Origin: Podarcis filfolensis
Taxonomy: Eukaryota
Strand: one strand, 5' to 3'
DNA length: 64,000 nucleotides
Assembly (NCBI GenBank): GCA_964270895.1
Contig: OZ185448.1
How positions within the stretch are numbered: position 1 is the stretch's first letter; each line of letters starts with the position of its first letter. Positions 23,201 through 35,600 of this stretch are shown here, piece after piece. The notes beneath the pieces were generated by a model that was not told the DNA's origin, did no database searches, and was given only the letters and a program-made list of their open reading frames with translations. Both the position numbers and the translations under genes were made by a program.

Positions 23201-24638
23201 AGATGGGTGCCATTGAGGCTCTTAAGCTCTGTGTGTGTGTGCCAAGCTGTGTCTTTGACAAGGGTGAAATAAAGCCTAGATCTGAGTCTGGCCGAGGGGG
23301 ACCTTGTGTGTGTGTGTGTGTGTGTGTGTGTATAGTTTTTAAAAAATACTCCTGGGGTAGAGAATGCATTTTGTCTGAGTCTGGAAAGCTAACTCTGCCT
23401 CTGCCTTAGAAAAAAGACCTTCCAAGGACAAGCCTTAAATTTCTATGTTGACTGCTGCTTGTTTTTCCTCCTCCGGGTACATTGGGTTGCTCCCCTCAAT
23501 GTTTATAAAGCTCTCCTAAGAACATGAAACTAGCTCTGCCACTTGATCAGGCCAAAGGGGCTCATCTAGTCTAGCATCCTGTTCTCTCAGATGCCCCAGT
23601 GGGAAGCTTGCAAGCAGTATTCAGACACAAGAGACTCTCTACCTCCTGTGGTTTCCTGCAAATGGGATTTGGAAGGGTTTCCATGTTTTGATTAGAGGCA
23701 GAGTATGGTCATCATGGTGGTAGCCACCGACAGTGCTGCCCTCTTTGAAATTGGATTAAAGCAATCAAATTTGTTGGCCATCATTGCCTCCTGTGGGAGC
23801 AAGTTCCACATTTTAACTCTGTGCTGGATGAAGTTCTTCCTTTTATCTGTTCTAAATCTTCCAACATTAAGCATCACTAGATGTCCTTGACTTTTAGCAT
23901 TATGAGAGAAAGAAGGAAACTTTTCTCTATCCAGTTTCACTCCCCCTGCTTTGCGAAATGCGCAGGCAGGACGCAGCTTATCTGAGCTAGTGGTGCCCCT
24001 CGGTTCATTTCCTTGACTGCTTCCTTGAGCCACTTCCTATGCAACACAGCTGTGCTCCAGATTGTGCCACGACATCTCCAGCTCAGCTTACTCAGCCCTC
24101 CGGAAATGAAACAGCCACAGGACTAGCAACCCCCCCCCCCCCCGGAGGTAAGGGGCAGTGTCTGTCTCCCAAAGGTGAGAGGCCCTTCCCAACTGCCCAG
24201 CCGCTCTCCTGTACTGACTCTGGGATGTCGATCTCTCTCTCCTGCATCCCCTGAAATCTCAGGGTGGACCAAGTGGACTCCTTCAAGATGGAACTGAACA
24301 AAGCTCTGGTAACAAGGAACCATTTTAGGGGGCTTTCCATTTGGAGTTGTCGCACGTTGAAATGTTAGGCCTCCTGGAAACCTGACCCAAGCAGCCTCAG
24401 CCCATTTCAACCCGTTCAAGCTTTGGAAATCTTCCAGGCAGCTGAAACCTGGCAGGAAGGTCTCCGCCGCCCCTCCTGGCCTCGCTCTCTGCCCAGCTGG
24501 CTGCCCAGCTGCCCTCCTGCAGAGGGAAGCAGCTTTCCTCCACGGAGACTTACTGTGCCAAAGCGAGCAGGCGAGGAAGACGGAGAGGAGGAGGCAAGGC
24601 CTCTGGGGCCCCCCAAGGCCCGTCCTGCCGTTGGCCAT
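20243..24638 (-). CDS. Secreted IL-4R-alpha-like paralog, ectodomain only (5 coding exons, 240 aa)
   Basis: Exons 24638-24554 (signal peptide), 22919-22775, 22402-22236, 21786-21629, 20410-20243, total 723 nt, open frame with GT-AG junctions. Six D1 Cys and WSDWS are retained. The donor after WSDWS is lost and the frame reads ...SWKTDGWIG-TAG. AATAAA on the minus strand at 19921-19926 and 19775-19780. Expression is not shown by the sequence. Confidence 0.75.
23515..23910 (-). mobile_element. CR1 LINE 3' fragment (shorter copy at about 13806-14050)
   Basis: GHLVMLNVGRFRTDKRKNFIQHRVKMWNLLPQE resembles the CR1 ORF2 C-terminus; present in both duplication units. Confidence 0.75.
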
Positions 24639-25601
24639 CCGGAGAGCTGGTGATGGAATGTGCCTGGGAAGAGACAACAACGTTAATGCCTTTTGAAAGC
24701 CTGTTGGCCGCCTCCAGATGCGTGCCTGTGGAGGTAGACTGCCACAGGCAATGGGGGCTCTGCAGGTTTAGCTGAACCCTAGAGCGATCTTCACTACGGA
24801 ACGCCACCCACTTACCTGTGTGAAGGGATTAGGGAGCCCCCCTTTTATTCAAGGCCCAACTGAGAGCAAGGCCCAGCCCCTTTGCAACAGTCATAGCCAG
24901 CATGCAACAGGCAGAAGCCACGAGATATTGGCCAGTTGCCCAGCTGTGGCCAACCACTTGTCCTGCCCTTCAGGCCTTCGGCTTCTATGAGGAGCTGGGA
25001 GGAGACTGGGCCAAGGGGGCTCAGATGCTAGGGCCCCCAAACACTCACCGCTACTGACCCCCTTTCTATGTGGCTTTCCGGGTCTCTTTGCTTTGCTGTA
25101 CTTGCCGCTAATGCTGCCTGGTCGCTTCTACAGGGAGGCTCAGCCCAGGGATTTTGCTGCCTGGGGCACAGCAGCAGCAACTCAGTGTATAGCACCTCTG
25201 AATGTGGACAGAGCTGGTTTTAAACTTAGGAACCTTTTATTTCAGATTAGTAGGCAGAGCAGCTCCCAATAGAATATAACAGCCATGGAGCGGGTTTCTA
25301 GAGCTTATTGAGAGATGGAGGAGTGAGAGATGGTGTTTTTCTGATCAAATCCCCCTCATGCACAAGTCACCCTCTTTCTCTCCCAGCCAACTCAGGCGAG
25401 AAAGCCAATGGTCCTCTGCTAAGTTGCTACTACAATTTAGAGACCCCCCTTTGTTTTGACTGCATTTTTCTCAAACAAGCTATTCAATGCTTCAGGAGCC
25501 TGGATAGCAAAAGTTGAACCACATTGCAGTGCTCTCTCTCACACACATTCACTCACCAATACGAGTGGATGGAACCTCCATTTTCTCAGCCACAATGTCA
25601 C

Positions 25602-25642
<41 letters not shown>

Positions 25643-26130
25643 TTTATGGTTGCCCCAGGCACTCTGAGTGGCTTCTAAGAATTATAAAAGCATAATAAAA
25701 CATCCAACATTAAAACCTTCCCTTTACGGGTCTGCCTTCTAAAATTCCCATAGTTCTTTATTTCCTTGACACCTGATGGTGTTCCACAGGGTGGGTGCCA
25801 CTACCAAGAAGGCCCTCTGCCTTGTTCCTTATAATCCAGGAGTGCCATCTTAGCCCCACAACCATGGGTGCCATGCAACGTGCATGGCCCTGGTGCTGCT
25901 ATTTGTGGGTGCCTGGCCCCTTCATGGGGAATTTTGCCGGTGCTGAGGCACCCAGAGCCCCGGGGGAGTCGGCACCTATGTTTTATCTTCACTTCTCACA
26001 GTGAGGGAACTGCCAGAAGGCCCTCAGAGCTGAATGCTGGGGGTGGAGACGCTCCTTCAGGTAAACCGTTTAGGGCTTTAAAGGTCAGCATCAACACTTT
26101 GAATTGTGCTCGGAAACGTACCGGGCACAA
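25602..26130 (-). mobile_element. L2 LINE 3' end with (AAT)n tail
   Basis: Reverse-orientation homolog of 51920-52335. Confidence 0.75.
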
Positions 26131-26429
26131 TACGTGTATTATGCCTGGGCAGTATTTGCATCAGCTGGGTGGTTTTTTTAATACGTGAGGGATAATAAGC
26201 CTGAGCTCTGACTTTGCAGTGACTTTTCCTTTAAGGGTGGAACTGCGACCATTGAGAGTTATACTGAAATTCTGAGTGTCTGAGCCCACCCCACGCCCTT
26301 ATGGGGTGGGCAGCACTATCTCCCCCCCTCCCCCCAAAAAACACCTAAATGAACCAGGACGCTCCTTCTACAAACAATGAGCGTGCCCCTCTCTACTTTG
26401 TTATCTTCAGGCCCTGCACTTCTCCCTGC

Positions 26430-26561
26430 TCCAAACGTCAATCCGGCTGTGACTTCGCTCATTGGCTAAGAGCTCCGAGAGGGCGTGGCCATTATTGTCG
26501 GAAGCTCTTTTCTCCCGCGGTTTCTTTTCTCTCCTGTTCTTCAGCTCTAGTTCTCCGCTAG
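26430..26561 (+). promoter_or_regulatory. NSMCE1 promoter and non-coding exon 1
   Basis: CpG-rich; inverted CCAAT (ATTGG 26461), GC box GGGCGTGGC, donor TAG|GTGAGC at 26561; acceptor of the first coding exon at 27355. Confidence 0.6.
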
Positions 26562-27362
26562 GTGAGCAGCAGCCGAGGGGCAGGCGCGCTCGCCTACCCG
26601 CTTCCCTCTTCATTTCTTCCCGAGTGGTTGCACTCTGCCCACGCTCAGAGGCTACTTTCCGGGTCATCCCCAGCCAAGGTAGGCAGCGTCTCACGCGCAG
26701 GATTCACGTGTGTTCGCGCTCGTCGGGAAGGCAAAGTGGCTTGCGGAGGGCGGGTGCTGGGAAAGGCGGCGCTCCCTCCCTCCCTGACAGGGGCCGACAC
26801 ACCGGAAACTGGGCAGCTGCAGCAGCAGCAACCCCAGGTGTGGTGGAGCAGAATGCCAAGACAATCTTACTCGGCTACGAGTGATCGCCAAAAACATGAA
26901 GAAGTTGCAAGGCTGGAAGCGGCTCCCCCCCTCCGACATTTGCAGAGGAGCCCCCTCTAAGCCCCCTCTAAGCAAAGGAGACCCAAAGTACATTTAAAAA
27001 TATATATATATTTAAAAGCAACCCCATAAAAGTGAACGTAGCAATTGTTTTGTGTCAAGGAAGCCGTAATTTCAAAGGGAAGGGGTGTGATGGGGTTTGT
27101 GTTTGTGATTTATTTATGGCATATTTTGTATTTTTATCTTGCATTTTTATGCTGTGAACCGCCCTGGGATCTACAGAGTATGGGCAGTATACAAATTTAA
27201 GATTTTTTTTTTAAAAAAAGCCATTCTGCACAGTGAGCTTGTTGGGGAGCCTGCTGGATGAGACCGAAAGGATCCCCAGGAGGAGGGAGAGGCAGAGGGG
27301 GACAGGAATGCTGTTCACGGCCCTGTTATCTAGCTGTTTTTCTCCATCCTGCAGTCCTGAAC

Positions 27363-30300
27363 ATGGACATGGCCCTGGGCACCAACCTGAATGATGCTCA
27401 CCGCCAGTTCCTGCAGGCCTTCCTAACTCTTGGCTTTGTGGAGAGGCCTGAAGCTGCGAAGCTACACCAGTTGTACTGCCAGCTGCACAAGGGTGAGTGG
27501 GGGAGCAAGTCCACTGGCGGAGATTAATAGAGGGCTGGGTAGCAGGCTAGTCCTCAGGAGGGGAAAAGGAGGCAGGAAGGGCTGTGTGGGTATAAGTAAA
27601 AGCTGTGCTAAGTAATCTTGAGACTCAGCCCCTCTCCCCACATTTGATCCTTTTCTGCTCTTTGACAAGCTGAGCAGGGAAGGCGATGGTGGCATTATGG
27701 CGTTCCCCTCCACCATCATGCTCTCCTGTGTGCTCTTAAGCTGTCCCATCTTTCCATTCCATCTTCTGCTGAGTTCAGTGCAAAAAGTCAGCTGTGTATG
27801 TGATGCTCAGGTGTAAAGCACAGGGTGTGTGTGTATGTAATTTGTCAGCGAAAGGATCCACAACCTTTCTTCCTTTCCAGGGCTCCAGGGACTTCTTTCA
27901 CCTGGATCAGTGCCAGCGTCAGAACTGAGGCAGGAGAGGGAGACTGAAGGGGACCCTCCCCTCCCCTCCCTCCCTCCCTCCCTCCCTCCCTCCCTCCCTC
28001 CCTCCCTCTGTGTGTGTAATGAAGAGCCTCTCAGGGTCTGGCAGTGCCCCCTTTCCACCCTCGCCTCTGTCCCCAAGAGTTAGCAGTCACGGATATTCGG
28101 GTGTGGGGGCTTTTTGTTTCTTTAAAAGCAAGCAGAACTGTAGACCAGCTGGACTCTAGAGATAGTTTTAGCTGAGATTTTTTTTAAAAAGTGATTTTGA
28201 ATTACAATTTTTTGGGGGGGGAGGGAAACGACTCATAAATATGCACACAGGTCCTGTTTCACAACACTTGCTATGCAAAAATTCACTTATCCAAACATGA
28301 GGAGTTAGTACCCAAACCTCACTATACACACCTCAGATTCATATATCCAAACAGCCAAAGTTTGCCCGCTTCCTTGCTTCCTTCTCTGTTTGTGCTTTGC
28401 TGGTCAGCGACAGCCATTTTCAGCCAGAAACCAGGGAGGGTGGGGGAGAGGGATCAGAAAAACCAGTTTTTTCTTTGCTGGTTGGCTGCAGCCATTTCAG
28501 GAAGAAAACATGGATGGGGGTAGGGAGAGAGATTGGATAAATCATGGATTGGAAATGTTCCTGTAGGAATCAATGGAAATTGTGAACTTGTTATGTGACT
28601 GTTCTCCTTTTCCTTATATTCTCACCTCTCTTTTTCTTCCCTCCTGCACAGTCCATTATGTACCTGATCAGCTGGATGACTTCATCAACACTTTGAATGG
28701 TCAGCTGCAGCCTTTGTCTTTGGAGATCAGGAAAGGAGTATCAGAAGAAAATGGGAGAACATATTATGCTTTGGTAAGGCAGGGTTGGCTGTCACCTGGT
28801 GTCTTTTCCTTGTAATTTGAAATTGGGAAGGGTGGGATCTGGGGAGGGTCGCATGCTGCTGCTGGATCACAGTGTCCCCCTGACAAGGAATCCAAGAGGC
28901 ACACCCTTTCCCTCATTCTACACCCTTGCTGGATGGTGGCAGGACTGCTCCAGAGGCTGGAGGCTCTGCCACAGGAACTGAGATGAGCCAATAGCTGCAG
29001 GAATAAAAAAGGAGCTTGCCTCCTTCGAAGCAGCTTTGCCCATGGGAGGGACCAGCCACATCTGGGCTGTAGGTGCCAGGGAGACGGCGTCAAAGAATCC
29101 TCTTGGCTTGGACCTCAGAGGCTGCCTGGTGTCTCCTTTATCACACTTGCTTTCTCCCCCAGGTGAATCTGGCTGAAACTGAGATCACCCTAATGGCAAG
29201 CGACTACTCTGAAAATGAGCTGGAATTGTTCAAGAAGACTGTAAGCATGGAAACTTTGAGTGCGCAAACGTGGCTGAATCTGTAGCAGATTGCTGCCTGC
29301 CTACCTGTTGGCCAGCCTCCTAAGTGGCCCAGATTCAGTGGCCCCCAGTAGCCATGGGGGGACTCACTTTCTGGACTTGGCCTCTGCTCCCCAGCCTGTC
29401 CATGTTTTGGGAATCTCACGGGTCTTGGGAGGGTGAAATGCAGCCCTCTGCATCCAATGTGCTTAATGCAGTGTTTTTTTCTGGGGGTACACAATACTGG
29501 CACCTTCCCCCATGTTATAAGTGCGGTACTTACTGTCACAACTTCATGGTGAGTACCGGCACCTTTTTGCCTAAAAAAAAGAAGAAGCATTGGCTTAATG
29601 AAATACAAAGCCAGGAGTCCACTATCCTCCCGCTAGCTGGCCAGAGGGACGTGGCCCCTGTGATGTCCTTTGCTCACTTAGGAAAGGGGTTTTCCATCTG
29701 CAGATGGATCTGATTGTGCTGTCTAGCAACGGCTTTGCCTCCTCCACGGAGATCCTGAACCTAGCTGACCAGCTGAAGCCAAAGAAGATGAAGAAGGTGG
29801 AGGCTGAGCTAGTACTGCAGCGCCTGGTGCAGGATAAGTGGCTCTCCGAGGTACGGGAATGTGGGTGGGGAGCTGGAGTGGGCAGGTCCCACTTTTGCCC
29901 CCTTGCCTTCCTTTGATATGGGGGCAGTTGAACCACAAGGGACGTATCTGGGCCTCTGCTCTCTTGCAGAAAGAGGGAGAATACACTTTGCACCTGCGCT
30001 GCGTCCTGGAGCTGGAGCAGTACATCCTCCGCCACTACCAGGACTCTGCCCGCAAGTGCCACGTCTGCCACAGCCTCTCCATCCAGGTCAGGAGGCCCAC
30101 ATCAGCTGGTGGTGTATGTGGGATCGTCAAGGCTTGGGGATGGGGGAGCAGTGGCCAGGAGTTCCCCTGTGCAGTGCCACCTCCCCTGCAGCTTAAAACC
30201 AGCCTTGTGGAGAGGCTGATCAGGAGAAAGTGTTAACCACCCTTGGCCTCCAGGAGCCTTACTGCTGCTCAGCCCTGAGGCTCTTCATCTCACAAAGGCC

Positions 30301-31083
30301 GTCTGCCTCCCATTCACAGGAGTTTTTCCCTTTCAGAGCCAAGTCTGTGAGGACTGTGGAATCGCTATGCACTTGCCTTGCCTTGCCAAATATTTCCAAG
30401 CCCAAAGGGAACCTCGTTGCCCTAACTGCAAGCAGTTCTGGCCCCACCAGATTCCAGGTAACACCCCTGAAGAGTGCCTTCCCAGAGAAACATGACCAGT
30501 TTCGTGCCGCGGGTTGGGGCGGGGATACAGGAGCCTGCTCTCCTTCTGGTCCACTGTCTGCCTTTCAGGACATTCTGGGAATTAACCCAAGGACTTCTTT
30601 GCTTTAGTGAACTGGCAGATTTCCTGGAAGCGATACGGCTTCTTGCATATGAGATAAAGAGAGACTCATTTGTGTAGAATGTATTCTTCCAGATTTCTAG
30701 CAGACCCCCTCTCAAAGTTCACGGAAAGCCCATCCTCCCGGAAGCAGCTAGCTAGCCAGATTTCATCTCATTTGATGGATTCTGTTTCTTGCCCTGTGGC
30801 TCAGGCTGGGAGGGAAAAGGATCTCTGGTGGGTCGGGCTTTCTTTTGGCCAACAGGGAAAGATCTGCCTGTCAGAAACTGGTACATAAATGGGTTGAGGG
30901 TGAAAGTGGAGGTGGGAAAGGTCCCAAAGGCCACGGTAAGGTAATCAAACTCTTATTCAGCCCATTCTGTATTTTTCCATCTCCATCACAGAGATCAACC
31001 TACCAGGACCTTCTGGGCTCTCAAGCACTCCACAGGAGACCCGGAGGAGTGCAGCCTCCCCAATGGCCCAGAGGCGGCAGTAA
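27363..31083 (+). CDS. NSMCE1: NSE1 homolog, SMC5-SMC6 complex component (7 coding exons, 268 aa)
   Basis: Exons 27363-27492, 28652-28773, 29163-29240, 29704-29850, 29970-30086, 30337-30457, 30992-31083 (807 nt). Motifs [36 protein letters not shown] and the RING-like [23 protein letters not shown] match NSE1. Confidence 0.97.
27954..28006. repeat. (CCCT)n microsatellite; others: (TG)n 23305-23331, (GATT)n 42457-42480, (CCCT)n about 62987-63010
   Basis: Read directly from the sequence. Confidence 0.95.
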
Positions 31084-31272
31084 GAGTTCTCCCGGCCCTT
31101 GTTGGAGAAGTACAGACAAGCAGCTGTTACTGGGGCCCAGCACAGCCGCTCTAGATTTGCGTAATTTAAGTGTCTGAAATACATACCTTGTAATATATTT
31201 TTTTCCCTCAGGATCCAACCTGTCTCACAATTCTCTTTCCTTTTTTTACTATTTATGTAAAGCTTTTTTTAA

Positions 31273-31300
31273 AATAAAAAATACAGGTTTTTCATTTATT
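31273..31300. terminator. Convergent poly(A) signals of NSMCE1 (+, 31273-31278) and KDM8 (-, 31295-31300)
   Basis: AATAAA and TTTATT 16 bp apart; each is the first canonical hexamer I found after the respective stop codon. Confidence 0.6.
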
Positions 31301-32646
31301 TTCAAGCTATCAAAGCACATGTAACAACATACAATACCTTTCCTGGCAACTGCATGACCGTATATTTAGCAAAGTTTTTAAAGGTCTTATGAGGGTGACT
31401 GGGCCTCAACTCTGCTCCTTCCCAAAGCTGTCCTCTGTATCTTTTTGTTTTTGAAAGATAACGTAACCCTTTCGGAACACCATAACTTGTGAGCATCTCA
31501 AGAAGCTGAATGTTGCAGGATTCAGGACAGACTGCTTCATGCAACACATAGTTAAAACTCTCTCCTGCAGGAGCCAGTGAGGGCCAGCAACCTAGAAGGC
31601 TCTAAAACAAGAGGGTCACCAATGGCTACTAGCCAGGACGGCTAGGCTCTCTCCCTCCACAGTTCGTGGCAGCAGTGCTTCTAAAAATCAGTAGCTGGCA
31701 GGCACAGGAGGGGAGATTTGCTCTTGTCCTTGGGTCCTGCTTGTGGGTTTCCCATTCAGATGTCTGGTCAGCCACTGTGAGAACAGGATGCTGCGCTAGA
31801 TGGGACACTGGCCTGATCCAGAAGGCTCTTCATGTTCTTATGAATAAAGGAAGCTGCCTCAAGCCACGCCAGAGCAACGCTTGTGACAGGAAGCAGAGTC
31901 ACCAGCAGGGGTTGTTCCTAGCCTTACTTTCAGAGTGCAGAGTTTGAACTCTGGACTGTCTGTGTGGAAAACGGGCACTTTTGCCTTCCCCAACCCCAAA
32001 TTTAAAGAAATCTCAATTCCTGCTTGTAACTTCTATAGCTTTACCCTCCTTGCATTTGTGGGGTTGGTGAGGGCATGATGAATCTACAGAGAGATTTCCC
32101 TCCGCAATGACTAAGGACTTCTTTGCCCATCTTGCACAAGATCTGAGCCCTTCAGACTTCGTAAAGCAGTATTATAGAATCAGAATTGTAGAGTTGGAAG
32201 GGATCCCAAGAGTCGTCTAGTCCAACCTGCCATGCAAGAAACCTTTTGCCCAACATGTATTGCAGGGGCTCTAGTCATGAGTGCATCAGTTCCATTAGGG
32301 CCTCCACCAAGAAAACAGAATCAAAATGGTGACTTTTCTGTCTCCCTTGACCAAGCAGGTTGTGCTAGACCAGCAAAGGCAATTCAATTCACAACACATA
32401 ATTTAAATATTAATTTGTATTCTGTTGTCCTTTGAGAAAAGTTTTAAGAGAGCCCTTTTTAACAAAAACCAAAGAGGGACAAGTCACTATTTTAGCCCCT
32501 CCAGAAAACTCTGTCTTTGATGCCCTTGATCCTCAACCACAGCAGTTGAACTGTGTGTCACAGCCCTTGCTGCCTCCTGGCAGCTCCTTCCTTCATCTTG
32601 CCTGAAGTCCCTGAGCAGAAGAGCCCTCCCTTGCTCCCAGCAGACG

Positions 32647-35600
32647 CTACGACCACCAGAAGCTGACGGAGAAACTTATGTCCAGGGACCGCACATAGTG
32701 CCAGTAGCTAACTGGGATGAACAGAACTTCTCCAGGGCTCAAGATGCAATCTTGAAATGCAGCTGCTTTGAAGTTGGGGAATTTCACCAAGTCAGGGTCT
32801 TCCACATCCACCTGGAAATGAAAGAGAAAACGCTGTCTTAATATAATTCAGACAGGACTATCCACGGTAGTCTCATTCTTTGCACCAAGAGGCTTACAAT
32901 TTAGGTGACAGGAGAGAGGGGCTGGATGTGGAGGGAAGCAGGGAAGGGGAAGAAGAGGAAGAGGTGAGTGTTGGAGCCTGGCTGCAGTTGGGGATGGCAA
33001 CTAGGATACGGGGCCAGTCTTCAGGGCGAACTCCATGATTTCCTTCATGGAATAATTCAGCCCCTATTATGAGGGACTGACTACTGGGTGCCCACCTGGC
33101 TGGTGTTGTGAAGGAGGTGGCCTTCATGTGGATAAAGGTTTTCAGATTCCTGAGGAGAATACAGGCGGACATATTTCCGTCCCATTACCTGGAGAAAGGA
33201 ACGTCGAAACATTTGTCAATAATCCGAGCTCAACTTTTCTAACTAGCATTCCTTTGCTCAGTATCCGGAGTGTGCCCTGACACACAGGATTTCTGCAAAT
33301 GGGGTCTGATCAACCTCTTGCCATCATTTGCAGAAAAAGGAGCCCAGACATCCCCGTCCAAAGTTTGCAGGCCAACAATAGGCACTCTCCCCTGCCCCAG
33401 TGCCTTTCTAATTTCAGTTCTCAGCACTCCCTCTCTGCTCTTCTCCTTGACAGCCCATCAGCACCTCAGTCCAGCTGAGATCTCTGGCTGCAGAGAGCCT
33501 TCCCTGAGCAACTTCTAGAGGGACGCTTCTCTGGTGACTGTTGTTGCTGCCACCCATAGAACAGGAAGCAGCTTCCCTTGAAAGGCAGGAGGATACAGAA
33601 GTCCTGCCTCTGATTGGCAACTGCCCTCCTTACCCCCCGCACTGCAGCCTGTCACAGAGGCCCTACCTGGACTAAGAAGTTCTGCTGCGGATCCTGATGC
33701 AGAGGGGAGACAGTCCCTGGTGGACCAAACCAGGCGTTGACAGTGATGTCCTCTTCATCTCCTTCGCCCAGGCAGCAATAGTCAGGGATGCCAATATCCA
33801 GCTTCAGCTCTGGGATCTGGCAGCAAATTGGTTAGAAAGGAAAGCATTGTACACTAGCTTGACATTTATTTAAAGTATTTATTTAGGGACGCGGGTGGCA
33901 CTGTGGGTTAAACCACAGAGTCTAGGACTTGATGATCAGAAGGTCGCGGTTCGAATCCCCATGACGGGGTGAGCTCCCGTTGCTTGGTCCCTGCTCCTGC
34001 CAACCTAGAAGTTCGAAAGCATGTCAAAGTGCAAGTAGATAAATAGGTACCGCTCCGGCGGGAAGGTAAATGGCATTTCCGTGCACTGCTCTGGTTCGCC
34101 AGAAGCGGCTTAGGCATGCTGGCCACATGACCTGGAAGCTGTACGCCGGCTCCCTCGGCCAATAAAGCAAGATGAGCGCCGCAACCCCAGAGTCGGTCAT
34201 GACTGGACCTAATGGTCAGGGGTCTCTTTACCTTTTTAACCTGCTGTCTATTTTGTTTGTGATCTTCGGATGAAGAGTGGCAAATAAATAATCCAAAGAT
34301 GGCTCACGGCAACCATTAAAACGAGACCACAAGATAAGAGATGGTGAGGCAAAGGATGCAAACAGAAAAAGGCGGAGTTTCAGGCATCAACCACTTGGGC
34401 AAAGCAAATGCCAACAGAAAAGGGAAGAGGCTTTGTAAAGTGCCAGGAGGCAGCTATCAAGGAAGGGGCAAGATGGGTCAGAGCACAGAAAAGGCCTGAT
34501 CCTGCACCTCAGCCAAGGCTCTCTTTACTAGTGTGGGTGGCGAAGGGACAGCATTCAAACCAAACAAGGTCTCCCTCTGTTCCAGCATTAGTTGTTATGG
34601 GGATTCTCTGCTGGGGCCAGGCTGGGGGGGGGGCTGTTCTATACAGTCTTGGGTTCCCTCCTCCCCTGCTTCCTCAGGACATCAGGAGAACAGCTGGCAA
34701 CAGGATGTTGGCTGGCATTAAACAACATGAGTTTGATTAGCTAGAAGTGACTCAGTGGGTTTTGGCAGACGGCCCACCTAGAGTCAGGGAGGAGTTTTCC
34801 TACCAGGTGGATTGGACACCTACGAGAGGAGAGGTCTACTGTGATGCTCGCAGCCCTTTGCACACGTCTCTGAAACCTGTTTGGCCCACGTGCCTTTTCC
34901 CATGGACTGTGGAGGATGCCTGGGGTGGAGTTTCCAGAGAAATGCTTCCCTGAAAGGCGTGGTGGCACTTTGGATCATTTCCAGATATGAAATTTTGGGG
35001 GTGGAGAATTCACTGCATTCTGGTGAACCCGGCATCTGTTTCCTCCCATCAAATAAGAACTAGAAGAACCATCCCTTTGGTTTACCTGGTCAAAGAGCTG
35101 GTGCTGAGCAAGGTATCCCTTATGGTCCTGCAAATTGAAGGGAGGGAAGAGAGAGAGAGAGGAGTGAGTGGATATCCTTTATATACAGAAAAGTCAACTG
35201 AACAGCAGCAAACAATTTGGTGGGGAGTCCAGAGCCCCACCCCACAAACTCTACCACTCACTGGTCAGCTCCCTGCTCCCCACCCCAAGGAGCTCTGCCA
35301 GGCCTGCCCTCCCTTTCCCAGTCTCATTGCAGCCATCCATGTTACTCAGAGGCTGGCAGGTGCTCACATAAATAAGTTCACTAATATTTTATTTAAGGAG
35401 AAGCCTTTCCTGCTTGCTGAGTTCCCAGGGCGGAATACAACAATGGAGTTAACACAGACTCAACCCAGCATAATTTGTCCTGCTCTTCCCAGCCAGGCTG
35501 TTTTGTGGGAGGGAGAAGATCCAGACCTCATTCTCAATATACTGTCTGATGAAGTCATCCACGGTCATGAGGGTCTGGGACCACTCCTCATCTGTGTAGC

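Larger units (their letters stand above)
19958..24684. repeat. Segmental duplication unit B (holds the secreted paralog)
   Basis: Direct-orientation copy of unit A with several intronic indels. Confidence 0.92.

Noticed and set aside
13059-24638. Single receptor with four FnIII domains joining both units
   Set aside because: It needs a phase-1 GT donor after the first WSDWS exon. Only phase-2 GT sites exist there (GG|GTGGAT, GG|GTAGGG), and unit A has its own signal-peptide exon.
9442-24684. IL4R duplication as a false haplotype duplication in the assembly
   Set aside because: About 57% amino-acid identity, unit-specific TE insertions and CpG decay are too great for alleles, and the sequence between the units has no gap.
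33886-33970. tRNA genes at SINE heads
   Set aside because: The tRNA-like boxes continue into SINE bodies repeated five times, with no full cloverleaf.
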